Part shown: positions 18,665 to 27,292 of the stretch, piece by piece
Numbering within the stretch: position 1 is the first letter of the stretch
Layout: each line of letters begins with the position of its first letter
Assembly (NCBI GenBank): GCA_030526225.1
Contig: JAUNDF010000007.1
Location: 4,863-36,862, forward strand
Source: Clostridia bacterium
GTDB lineage: Bacteria; Bacillota; Clostridia; Christensenellales; Aristaeellaceae
Length of the DNA: 32,000 nt
Direction of reading: 5' to 3'
Program-made: the position numbers and the translations under genes
The notes under the pieces: model-generated
The model's input: only the letters and a program-made list of their open reading frames with translations
Told to the model about the DNA's origin: nothing
Database searches by the model: none

Positions 18665-19357
18665 TCAGTCCTGGGGCACTTTGCCGTTGAGCAGCGCCTT
18701 GATTTGCGGCCATTGGGGCATGAAGCGGGTCATCATGGCCTTGAATTCTGCGCCGTGGTTGGGGATGCGGATGTGCATCAGCTCGTGCAGAATCACATAG
18801 GACAGGCATTCCGGCGGGTGCTTGGCCAGATGCAGGTTCAGGGTGATTTTTCTGGTGTCGGGCCTGCAGCTGCCCCAGCGGGAGGTCATGGCCCGAATCT
18901 GCCACGCGCTGCACTTCAGCCCCGTGGTGCGCTCCCATTGGGGCATCAGCCGGGCGATGGCATCCGTCAGCTGGCGGCGGTAGAAGGCATTCAGGACCGC
19001 TTCCTTCTGCGGCAGTGCAGCATCCTTGGGAACGGACAGAATCAGCCTGTCGCCCTCCAGCCGCACGCTGCTGCGCACCTTTGCCTCGCGGATGGTCAGT
19101 ACGCAGGGTCTGCCCCAAAGAAGGATTGTATCCCCGTCCTCCAAAGCGGCGGCTGTCATGGGTGCGCCGGCGTATTTGACCTGCTGGGCGCGAATCCAGT
19201 CAGCGCGGGATACAATGAACGATTCGATGTCCTTCACGCTCATGCGCAGGGGCGCGGAAACACGGATGTGGCCGTCCGGTGCGCATACATACAGGTGGAG
19301 TCCCTTTATTTTTTTCCGAAGCAGGTCAACCTGGAAACCGGCAATGATTTGCTGCAT
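18665..19357 (-). CDS. YgjP-like/DUF45 (M48 superfamily, SprT-like) metallopeptidase
   Basis: 230 aa, counted from the ATG at 19357 (AAGGAGA ribosome-binding site). Contains the HELMHIRIPNH zinc motif. The 299-aa ORF that starts at 19564 is an unsupported extension. Stop codon is TGA. It lies 36 nt upstream of the GNAT gene. Confidence 0.8.
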   Translation of the reverse strand: MQQIIAGFQVDLLRKKIKGLHLYVCAPDGHIRVSAPLRMSVKDIESFIVSRADWIRAQQVKYAGAPMTAAALEDGDTILLWGRPCVLTIREAKVRSSVRLEGDRLILSVPKDAALPQKEAVLNAFYRRQLTDAIARLMPQWERTTGLKCSAWQIRAMTSRWGSCRPDTRKITLNLHLAKHPPECLSYVILHELMHIRIPNHGAEFKAMMTRFMPQWPQIKALLNGKVPQD

Positions 19358-19496
19358 GGCTGTCTCCTTGTTTGCTGTTTCTGATACCAAAATTATAGCC
19401 TGCGGTGGCGGCGGTGTAAATGGCATTGCAGGCAGGAAAAATGACCGGGAAAGTCGAATTTCTTTTCCGGAAATGATGATAATGGAGGAATCCGCC

Positions 19497-20453
19497 ATGA
19501 AAATCGCTTTGCTGGAGCCCCTGGGCGTTGCCCCTGAAATGATTGAGGAACTGAGTGCCCCCATCCGGGTGGCCGGTCACGAATTTGTATATTATGCTGC
19601 CAAAACCACCGATCCCGAAGAGCTGATTCGCCGCAGTGCCGGCTGTGAAGCCGTGATGATTGCCAACAATCCCTTCCCGGCACAGGTGGTCAAGGCCTGC
19701 CCCGAGCTGAAGCTGATTAATGTTGCCTTCACCGGCATTGACCATGTGGCACAGGATGCCTGCCGGGTACAGGGCATCACCATCTGCAATGCCGCCAATT
19801 ATTCCAACCAGACCGTGGCGGAAATGGTCATCGGGCTGGTCATCGGCCTGTATCGCCATCTGGATGCCTGCAACAAGGCCGTCCGCACCGGCGGCACCTC
19901 TGCAGGGCTTATGGGCCGGGAAATTGCGGGGCGCACCGTGGGCATCATCGGCACGGGAAAAATCGGCCTGATGACGGCACGGCTGTTCCAGGCCTTCGGC
20001 GCAAAGGTGATTGCCTATGCACCCCGGCCCAAGGAAGCGGCGCTGGCCATGGGCATTGAGTATATGTCTCTGGAGGATGTGATGGCAAAAAGCGACATTG
20101 TGTCCGTGCATACGCCCAACATCCCCTCTACCCGCGGGCTGATCAGCCGTGAGATGATTGCGCTGATGAAAAAGGATGCGGTGCTTATCAACTGCGCCCG
20201 CGGCCCCATCGTGGACAGCGCCGCGCTGGCGGATGCTCTCAACGAGGACCGCATTGCCGGTGCGGGTGTGGATGTGTACAACGTGGAGCCGCCCATCCCC
20301 GACAGCGAACCGCTGCTCCATGCCAAAAACACGCTGCTGGCTCCCCATGTGGCCTTCCTCTCCGAGGAGGCCATGGTGCGCCGCGCCCATATCGCCTTTG
20401 CCAACATGAAGGCGTATCTCGACGGCAAGCCGGAAAATGTGGTTGCGTACTGA
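19497..20453 (+). CDS. D-isomer-specific 2-hydroxyacid dehydrogenase (phosphoglycerate/glycerate dehydrogenase-like)
   Basis: 318 aa, counted from the ATG at 19497 (GGAGGA at 19484-19489). NAD-binding motif GIIGTGKIG. Catalytic region NCARGPIVD...APHVA. Stop codon is TGA. Confidence 0.85.
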   Translation: MKIALLEPLGVAPEMIEELSAPIRVAGHEFVYYAAKTTDPEELIRRSAGCEAVMIANNPFPAQVVKACPELKLINVAFTGIDHVAQDACRVQGITICNAANYSNQTVAEMVIGLVIGLYRHLDACNKAVRTGGTSAGLMGREIAGRTVGIIGTGKIGLMTARLFQAFGAKVIAYAPRPKEAALAMGIEYMSLEDVMAKSDIVSVHTPNIPSTRGLISREMIALMKKDAVLINCARGPIVDSAALADALNEDRIAGAGVDVYNVEPPIPDSEPLLHAKNTLLAPHVAFLSEEAMVRRAHIAFANMKAYLDGKPENVVAY

Positions 20454-20477
20454 TTGGTGACGGATGAGGTTCCCTTC

Positions 20478-20510
20478 AGGAGGTGTGAAAGGAGTTTTTC
20501 ACATCTCCTT
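20478..20510 (+). terminator. Rho-independent terminator after the dehydrogenase gene (TGTGAA/TTCACA family)
   Basis: AGGAGGTGTGAAA-GGAG-TTTTTCACATCTCCT (one G-U pair) followed by TTGCTTT. Confidence 0.65.
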
Positions 20511-20563
20511 TGCTTTATCCTGTAAAATACCTTTTATCAATGCAGAATCCACCGCAAATGCCA

Positions 20564-20592
20564 TTGCCAACCGGCAGTGAATATTGTACAAT
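20564..20592 (+). promoter_or_regulatory. Candidate SigA promoter for the SBP-kinase operon
   Basis: TTGCCA (20564-20569)-N17-TACAAT (20587-20592), about 45 nt upstream of the ATG at 20639. Confidence 0.5.
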
Positions 20593-20638
20593 ATATATTG
20601 GTAATTTCTGTGATGACAAATCTCGGGAGGTTGTAAAC

Positions 20639-22093
20639 ATGAAAAAATTTGTTGCAATGCTGCTGGCAGTTGTTCTGCTGCCTGTGATGGCCTTTGCCGC
20701 CGACGGTACCAAGACCGCGCAGCTGGACCCCAGCAACCCCGTATCCCTGACTGTATGGCACTACTACAACGGTGCCCAGCAGGCTGCTTATGATGAACTG
20801 GTGGAGCGCTTCAACACCACCGTTGGCAAGGAGATGGGCATCTATGTGCAAAGCTTCTCCCAGGGCTCTGTCCGCGATCTGGAAACGGCTGTTATCAATG
20901 CCGTGGACGGCGTGATTGGCGCTGAACCCCTGCCCAACATCTTCTCCACCTATGCCGATACCGCTTCCGCTGTGCAGAAGAAGTGCGACCTGGTGGACCT
21001 GAAGGAATACTTCACCGAGGAAGAGCTGTCCGCTTATGTGGATTCCTACATCGGCGAGGGCTATTTCAACAATGACGGTCACCTGTACCTGTTCCCCGTG
21101 GCCAAGAGCACCGAAATCCTGATGATCAACGCCACCGACTGGGAGGACTTTGCCGAGGACACCGGCAGCACCCTGGAGGAGCTGAGCACGGTGGAGGGCA
21201 TCGTCCGCGTGGCTGACCGCTACTATGACTGGACCGATGCCAAGACCCCCGATGTTGCCGATGACGGCAAGGCCTTCTACGGCCGCGATTCCGTATCCAA
21301 CTACTTCATCCTCGGCACCAAGCAGATGGGCGTGGACATCTTCACCGTCAAGGACGGTCAGCTGACCATCAATGCCGACAAGGAACTGATGCGCCGCCTG
21401 TGGGAGAACTTCTACGTTCCCTTCGTCCGCGGCCGCTTTGATGCCCTGGGCAAGTTCCGCTCCGACGACGTGAAGACCGGCGATCTGCTGTGCTACACCG
21501 GCTCCTCTTCCTCTGCCATGTATTTCCCCGATACCGTGGAAACCGATGACGACAGCATCGACATCGACCACATCATCCTGCCCGCCCCCATGTTTGAAAA
21601 CGGTGACAACTACATCGTGCAGCAGGGTGCCGGCATGGTGGTCACCAAGAGCGACGACAAGCACGAGTACGCCGCCGCTGTGTTCCTCAAGTGGTTCACC
21701 CAGCCCGAAAACAGCCTGCGCTTCGTGGTTGAATCCTCCTACATGCCCGTCCGCAAGGATGCCCACAGCATGGAAATGCTGGACAAGGTTATCGCCGACA
21801 ACAACCTGCGCGTCAATTCCAAGAGCTATGACTGCCTGAAGGTGGTTATCGAGCGCACCCACGATGTCCCCGGCTACTACACCGCTGTGTTCCCCAATGG
21901 CAGCAAGGCCCGTTCCATCCTGGACTACAACCTGCTGGACCAAGCAAAGGAAGACAAGGCCGCTGTGGATGAACAGGTTGCCTTGGGCGTAAGCCGTGAG
22001 GATGCCGCCGCTCCCTACATCACCGACGAAGCCTTTGAGGCATGGTATGAGCAGTTCGTTGCCGCTCTTCATGCCGCTGCCTTCAACGAATAA
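20639..22093 (+). CDS. Extracellular solute-binding protein (ABC-type, family 1-like), secreted
   Basis: 484 aa, counted from the ATG at 20639 (GGGAGG ribosome-binding site). Signal peptide MKKFVAMLLAVVLLPVMAFA|AD. SBP-like body (LTVWHYYNG...). No ABC permease or ATPase genes are adjacent. It is followed by the sensor kinase. Stop codon is TAA. Confidence 0.8.
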   Translation: MKKFVAMLLAVVLLPVMAFAADGTKTAQLDPSNPVSLTVWHYYNGAQQAAYDELVERFNTTVGKEMGIYVQSFSQGSVRDLETAVINAVDGVIGAEPLPNIFSTYADTASAVQKKCDLVDLKEYFTEEELSAYVDSYIGEGYFNNDGHLYLFPVAKSTEILMINATDWEDFAEDTGSTLEELSTVEGIVRVADRYYDWTDAKTPDVADDGKAFYGRDSVSNYFILGTKQMGVDIFTVKDGQLTINADKELMRRLWENFYVPFVRGRFDALGKFRSDDVKTGDLLCYTGSSSSAMYFPDTVETDDDSIDIDHIILPAPMFENGDNYIVQQGAGMVVTKSDDKHEYAAAVFLKWFTQPENSLRFVVESSYMPVRKDAHSMEMLDKVIADNNLRVNSKSYDCLKVVIERTHDVPGYYTAVFPNGSKARSILDYNLLDQAKEDKAAVDEQVALGVSREDAAAPYITDEAFEAWYEQFVAALHAAAFNE

Positions 22094-22160
22094 GCTGAAC
22101 CGGCAGAATCAGTAAAGTCCATTGAATACCGCGAAAAAATCTTTGAGAGGAGAAAACCGG

Positions 22161-25100
22161 ATGAAGCGTAAACGGTCATTTTTGTCCATATTTCTGGTGC
22201 CGCTGATGATCGTTGCATTTATACAGGGATTTCTCCCTTTTGCCACGCTGGTTGTCAGTGATGTGAAATCCATCATGGAGAACAACATCATCAGCATGGA
22301 CCAGAACGCTGTGGAAAACCGGCGGCTCACCCTGGAAAACGCCATGGTGGACCGCTGGAGCAGCGTGCTGGGCGAGTCTTCCAGTGTGGCGGAGCATCTG
22401 CAGCAGGTGCTGAAGGACAACGGCGCCGACATCGATGATTTCATTGCCTCGGATGAAATGCAGCAGCAGCTATTGGAAGCCATTTTCCCGGAAATGGTGC
22501 TGGCGCTGCAGAACAACACCACCAGCGGCCTGTTTCTGGTGCTGGACAACGGCAAGGACATGATGCAGCCGGCCAAGTACAACGGCTTCTTCCTGCGGGA
22601 CTCCGACCCCACCAACAAAATCAGCAGCAACACCGACATTCTGCTGGAGCGCGGCAGCAAGCGGCTGGCCCGCCAGCAGAACATCCCCATGGACAGCCCC
22701 TGGGCAACCCGCTTCAAGCTGGAGGGCTTCGGCTACCGCAAGGCGGACGATTTCTTCTACCAGCCCCTGAAGGCCGCAAAGGAAAACCCGGGCGTTGAAC
22801 CACGAATCCTCGGCTACTGGTCCCCGGCCTTCATTCTGGAGGACCACTATCTGGATACCCATCAGATGATTACCTACTCCGTGCCGCTGGTGTATCAGGG
22901 CCGGGTGTACGGCGTGATGGGTGTGGAGGTCTCCACAAGATACCTGGCAACCTATGTCCCCGTCCGCGATCTGGACCAGGGCCTGAACGCCGGCTATGCC
23001 ATTGCCGTCAGCAAGGGCGACGGCGTGTATGAGGTGGTCATGGGCACCGGCTCCCTGTACAAGTCGGTGGTGGGCAACAGCTCCGCCTTCCGCGTGACCG
23101 GCGAGCGCAAGGAACACCTGTACGAGCTGGAAAACGGCGTGGTGGGTGAGCAGAGCGTTTACGCCCTCATTTCCCCCATGAAGCTGTACAGCAACAACGT
23201 TCCCTACGAGGGCACCGAATGGGCGCTGGTGGGCTTTGTAACGGAGAACTCCGTCTTTGCCCCCGGCAATCTGGTGTACGGCCGAATCCTCACCACCATT
23301 CTGGTCTGCTCTGCGGTGGGTCTTTTGATGATTATCCTGCTGGTGCGCAAGGTCACCCGGCCTGTCAACCGGCTGATGGAAAGCGTCCGCCGGGGCTACA
23401 AGGGCCTGAAGGAATACGAACCCTCCTCCGTCCGTTAGGTGGAGGAGCTGCACGATGTGGTGCTGGAGCTGACGGAGGCACAGCAGACAGCCGCAGACAA
23501 GCTGAACGAGGAAAAGGAACGCTACCGCGTTGCCATCGACTCGGCAACGGACGTATTCTTCGTGTACCGCCGCGAAGAGAAAATGCTGGAGATTGTGAAT
23601 GACTCAATCAACAGCGGCGTTTGGTCTCTGGGGGATGAAGAGTGCAGTATCGTGCGCGAGTCCATCCATCCCGAAGACCGGCAGATGTTTATCGACTACA
23701 TCAACAACCCGCAAGGTGACATGGAGATGGAGCTGCGCGTCCGCAGAAGACCCGAGCACCCCTACATGTGGGTAGAGGTCAGCGGCCATCTCTTCGGCGG
23801 CACCGGCGGCGAGCATCTGCGCGTGGTAGGCTATATCCGAAACATCAACCAGCGCAAGCAGCAGGAGCTGGAGCGGGAAATGCGCCAGGTCCTCGACCCG
23901 GCCACCAGCCTGTACCGCGCCGCTGCCGGCTTCAACCGCATGGCGCAGATGCGAAAGCTGAACCCTGTGGGTACGCTGCTGCTGGTGGATATCAACAGCT
24001 TCTCGACCATCAACGAAAAGTATGGCATCGTTTTCGGCGATGTGGTGCTGGATGAACTGGCCAAGCTGCTGCGCGGTGCTGTCAGCGTGCTGTGTCCCGA
24101 GGAAGCACTGCTGATTCGTGCCGGCGGCGACGAGCTGCTGGCATGGCTCCCCGGCGTTGCGGAAGGCCAAACGGCAAGCGTGATGCCCGAACTGGAGCGC
24201 CGCTTTGCTTCCCTGATTCACTCCGCCTCCGTGCCCCTGCGGCTTGACTGGGCCACTGCCCCCGCAGACGGGGAGGTCAGCGATCAGGCACTGGTGCAGC
24301 GCACCAAGCAGAAGCTGGCAGGCGCCTACCATGGCGGCAGCACAAGGGACTTCTCCGAGCCGGTTTCCATCGGCTACAACACCAGAGCCGATATTGCCAC
24401 CCTGGCCCGCAACATGTTTGAGCGCACCGATGATATCGGCGCTGTGCTGGATCTGGTGGCGCTTCGCCTTAAGGAGCAGTACGGCATCACCGATATGCTG
24501 ATTACCGACTTCCGCTACGACAGCCTCTCCAGCACGCTGGAATACTCCTGGCGCAAGGGACCGCAGGCAGATATGCACGAGGTTGTCAGCCACTGTAAGG
24601 AAGAGGAATACCGCCTCTTCTGGCAGCATGTGGAAAACAAGCAGCTCCATGCATATGTGGATGAGCTGTCAAAGCATCCGCTCTTTGCCATGATGGGGCA
24701 GCTTGATGCCGGCATTACCTATCACATGATGGATAACGGCAGCTACTCCGGCAGCATCGTGTTTGCAGGCGCTTCCACGGCCATCCTCGATAACGAGGCC
24801 GACCGCACCCGCCTGACTGAGGTGGGCCGCGCCATCCAGAACCGCATCAATCAGGAGCGTCACGACCAGTCGGCACAGGCCAAGTCCGACTTCCTTGCCC
24901 GCATGAGCCACGAAATCCGCACCCCCATGAACGGCATCATCGGCATGACGGAAATCGCCCTGAAGCCCGGCCAGACCGAAGAACACCGCATCGAGTGCCT
25001 GAAGAAGGTCCGCAGCTCCTCCAACTATCTGCTGGGTCTGCTCAATGACATTCTGGACATGTCCAAGATTGAAAGCGGCAAGATGCAGCTGGTGGAAACG

Positions 25101-25997
25101 GACTTCAATCTGGATAAGCAGCTGCGCGAGCTGCATGTACTGCTGGATGCAAAGTTCCGCGAAAAGAACCAGACCTTTGTCACTTCCTTCGACCTGAAGC
25201 ACAAGTTTTTCCACGGCGATTCCCTGCGCATCAATCAGGTGCTGATTAACCTGATTGGCAACGCGGTCAAGTTTACCGGGGAAGGCGGTCATATCTACCT
25301 GACCGTGAAGGAAACCGTGCTGGACAGCAGCCGCTCTCAGCTGTCCTTCTCCGTGCGGGATGAAGGCATCGGAATCTCTGCCGAAGACAGGGAACGCATC
25401 TTCCTCAGCTTTGAGCAGGTCAATTCCCCCGAAGCCAACCGTCAGGGCACCGGCCTTGGTCTGGCCATTTCCAGCCGTATGGTGCACATGATGAACGGCG
25501 AAATTCAGCTGGACAGCGAGGTTGGCCGCGGCAGTGACTTCCACTTCGACCTGATGTTGTCCCCCGTGGACATGCAGGAAGAGGCCGCTGAAGAGCGCGT
25601 GGACTTCGACTTTACCGGCGTGAAGGTGCTGGTGGCCGAGGACAACGAGCTGAACATGGAAATCATCTGCGAGGTGCTGGGTGACTACGGCATGCTGGTG
25701 GATGGCGCCACAGACGGCCGCAAGGCAGTGGAGAAATTCGCCGCCGCCGCGCCGGGCACCTATGATCTGGTGCTGATGGACATTATGATGCCCAACATGA
25801 ACGGCATTCAGGCCACCAGAGCCATCCGCTCGCTGGACCACCCCGACAGCAAGACCGTGCCCATTGTGGCCATGACCGCCAACGCCTTTGATGAGGATGT
25901 GAAGCGCTCTCTGGCCGCCGGCATGAACGAGCACCTGTCCAAGCCCATCAACATCCCCGAGCTGGAGAAAACGCTGGCAAGGGTGCTGAAAAAGTAA
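22161..25997 (+). CDS. Hybrid sensor histidine kinase/response regulator with one in-frame TAG at 23436-23438, inside the HAMP-like linker. Domain order is TM, extracellular sensor, TM, HAMP, PAS, GGDEF-like, HisKA, HATPase, REC. Under code 11 it would be two fragments (22161-23438 and 23439-25997).
   Basis: Both ORFs share a frame (22122 and 23439 are each 0 mod 3). The junction reads ...LLVRKVTRPVNRLMESVRRGYKGLKEYEPSSVR[TAG]VEELHDVVLELTEAQ. Downstream are PAS, a GGDEF-like segment (VDINSFSTINEKYGIVFGD...RAGGDELLAWL), the H-box SHEIRTPMNGIIG, the G-boxes GTGLGLAIS, and REC (VLVAEDNELNMEI...DLVLMDIMMP...KP). Start is the ATG at 22161, preceded by GAGAGGAG. Stop codon is TAA. Confidence 0.85.
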
Positions 25998-26006
25998 ACA
26001 AAAAAA

Positions 26007-26037
26007 CAGGGACTGTGAAGCAAAATCACAGTCCCTG
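26007..26037. terminator. Bidirectional rho-independent terminator (CTGTGAA/TTCACAG family)
   Basis: CAGGGACTGTGA-AGCAAAA-TCACAGTCCCTG, with AAAAAAA upstream and TTTCG downstream. It sits between convergent genes. Confidence 0.75.
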
Positions 26038-26046
26038 TTTCGCATC

Positions 26047-27180
26047 TTACCGGCAAATCAGCCACTGGGGAACAACCACAATGAGGAAGAAAATCAGGCA
26101 AATTTTTTCAAAGGCAAGCATAAACTTTTTGCCGTTGCCGGGGTACTCGCGCAGGTAAATCCGCATGTTGATGACAGAGGCCAGCGAGCCGATGACCGTC
26201 AGCAGACCCGCGGTATCAAGGCCGTAAATCAGCGCACGAAGGTTGGTGCAGAAGGGCCACAGCACGATGGAGGCGGGCACATTTGAAATCACCTGACTGA
26301 GGGCAAGGCTCCACCAGTACTCGTTGCCTGCAACGCTCTTGTGCAGGAAGGCGCTGATGGCAGGGTGTGCCGCAATGGAGGAGGAGAACACGAAGAAGCA
26401 CAGGAAGGTGAGCAGCAGCACATAGTCCACCCGACGGAACACACTGCGGTCGAAAATCAGCAGCATCGCCGCCACAAACAGGGTGACATAGGGCCACAGG
26501 GTGGTGCGGGTGACGATGGTGGTCACAATCACCGCGAACAGGAACAGGTACACAGCGCGCTTGGCGCGGTTCTCCTTCTTCCATTCCCCTTCGGTGCTTT
26601 CGCCGGTGAGGATGATGGTTTCCCGCAGATTCTTCCGGTGCAGGAACAGGATGAACAGGGACAGCAGCACCATGCTGCCCAGCCACAGGGGCAGCATCAT
26701 CAGCATAAAGGAACCGGCACTCATGCCGCTTTTGCCGAAGAGGAACAGGTTCTGCGGGCTGCCGAAGGGGGTCAGCAGACTGCCTCGGACGGCGGCGATG
26801 TTTTCCAGCACCAGCACCGGCACGATGTACTGCTCCTTGTTTCCGGCGCGGAAGAGAATCATGGTCAGGGGAACGAAGATAATCAGCGACACATCGTTGG
26901 TGACAAACATGGAGGAGAAGAACACCGCGAACACCAGAAAGAAGCTGAGCCCCACCTGATTGGGCACCTTTGAGGCCAGCCGAATCACCGGACGGAACAG
27001 GTTTTCATGCTTGAAGCCATCCAGCACGGACAGCAGCATAAACAGCGTGGCCAGCGTTTTCCAATCGATGGAGGACAGCAGCGCGGCGCTGGGCGGCGTA
27101 ATCACAAGGGATACAAGCGCCGCCAGCAGGGACACGGTGAGCATGGCTTCCTTTTTGAAATAAGCGAGGATTTTGCGCAT
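26047..27180 (-). CDS. Anion permease of the ArsB/NhaD (CitMHS-like) superfamily
   Basis: 377 aa with about 10-11 transmembrane segments. The N-terminal pattern (IDWKTLATLFMLLSVLDGF...NDVSLIIFVPLT) is typical of this superfamily. GGAG lies 8 nt upstream. Stop codon is TAA. Confidence 0.7.
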   Translation of the reverse strand: MRKILAYFKKEAMLTVSLLAALVSLVITPPSAALLSSIDWKTLATLFMLLSVLDGFKHENLFRPVIRLASKVPNQVGLSFFLVFAVFFSSMFVTNDVSLIIFVPLTMILFRAGNKEQYIVPVLVLENIAAVRGSLLTPFGSPQNLFLFGKSGMSAGSFMLMMLPLWLGSMVLLSLFILFLHRKNLRETIILTGESTEGEWKKENRAKRAVYLFLFAVIVTTIVTRTTLWPYVTLFVAAMLLIFDRSVFRRVDYVLLLTFLCFFVFSSSIAAHPAISAFLHKSVAGNEYWWSLALSQVISNVPASIVLWPFCTNLRALIYGLDTAGLLTVIGSLASVINMRIYLREYPGNGKKFMLAFEKICLIFFLIVVVPQWLICR

Positions 27181-27232
27181 AAAAAAACTCCAATCAAATG
27201 AATATAGAAAACAAACATTTCTACTATAGCCA

Positions 27233-27260
27233 TTTGACCGGAATTGTCAAGCGGAAGAAG
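27233..27260 (-). promoter_or_regulatory. Candidate SigA promoter for the permease gene
   Basis: Minus strand reads TTGACA (27260-27255)-N16-TATAGT (27238-27233), about 50 nt upstream of the ATG at 27180. Confidence 0.5.
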
Positions 27261-27292
27261 CACTTCACGCGGTTCATCAAGACAGAAAAATA

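Noticed and set aside
18665-19564. N-terminally extended versions of several ORFs in the track: 18665-19564, 19026-20453, 20510-22093, 22122-23438, 27293-28579, 14246-15805, 16607-17326, 3459-3821, 29324-30268 and 30316-31227
   Set aside because: In each case an internal ATG is preceded by a well-spaced AGGAGG-like ribosome-binding site and matches the usual N-terminus of the family (signal peptide, MADxD of LsrF, and so on). The upstream extension has no ribosome-binding site, overlaps neighbouring genes or promoters, or begins with a non-ATG codon.
5263-23438. Pyrrolysine as the identity of the in-frame TAG codons
   Set aside because: None of the three genes is a methylamine methyltransferase. 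No pylTSBCD genes are in the window. The aligned family positions look like Glu or Gln, not Lys-like. This cannot be excluded without the whole genome, so it is listed as a check and not claimed.
23439-25997. The possibility that the kinase output module is an independent gene restarting at the GTG immediately after the TAG (TAGGTG stop-start coupling). The comEC equivalent would be a restart at ATG 5287.
   Set aside because: No purine-rich Shine-Dalgarno sequence precedes either candidate restart, whereas true starts in this window almost always have one. The break points fall inside a HAMP linker and inside the ComEC membrane core, not at domain boundaries. I kept it as the formal alternative in the findings.
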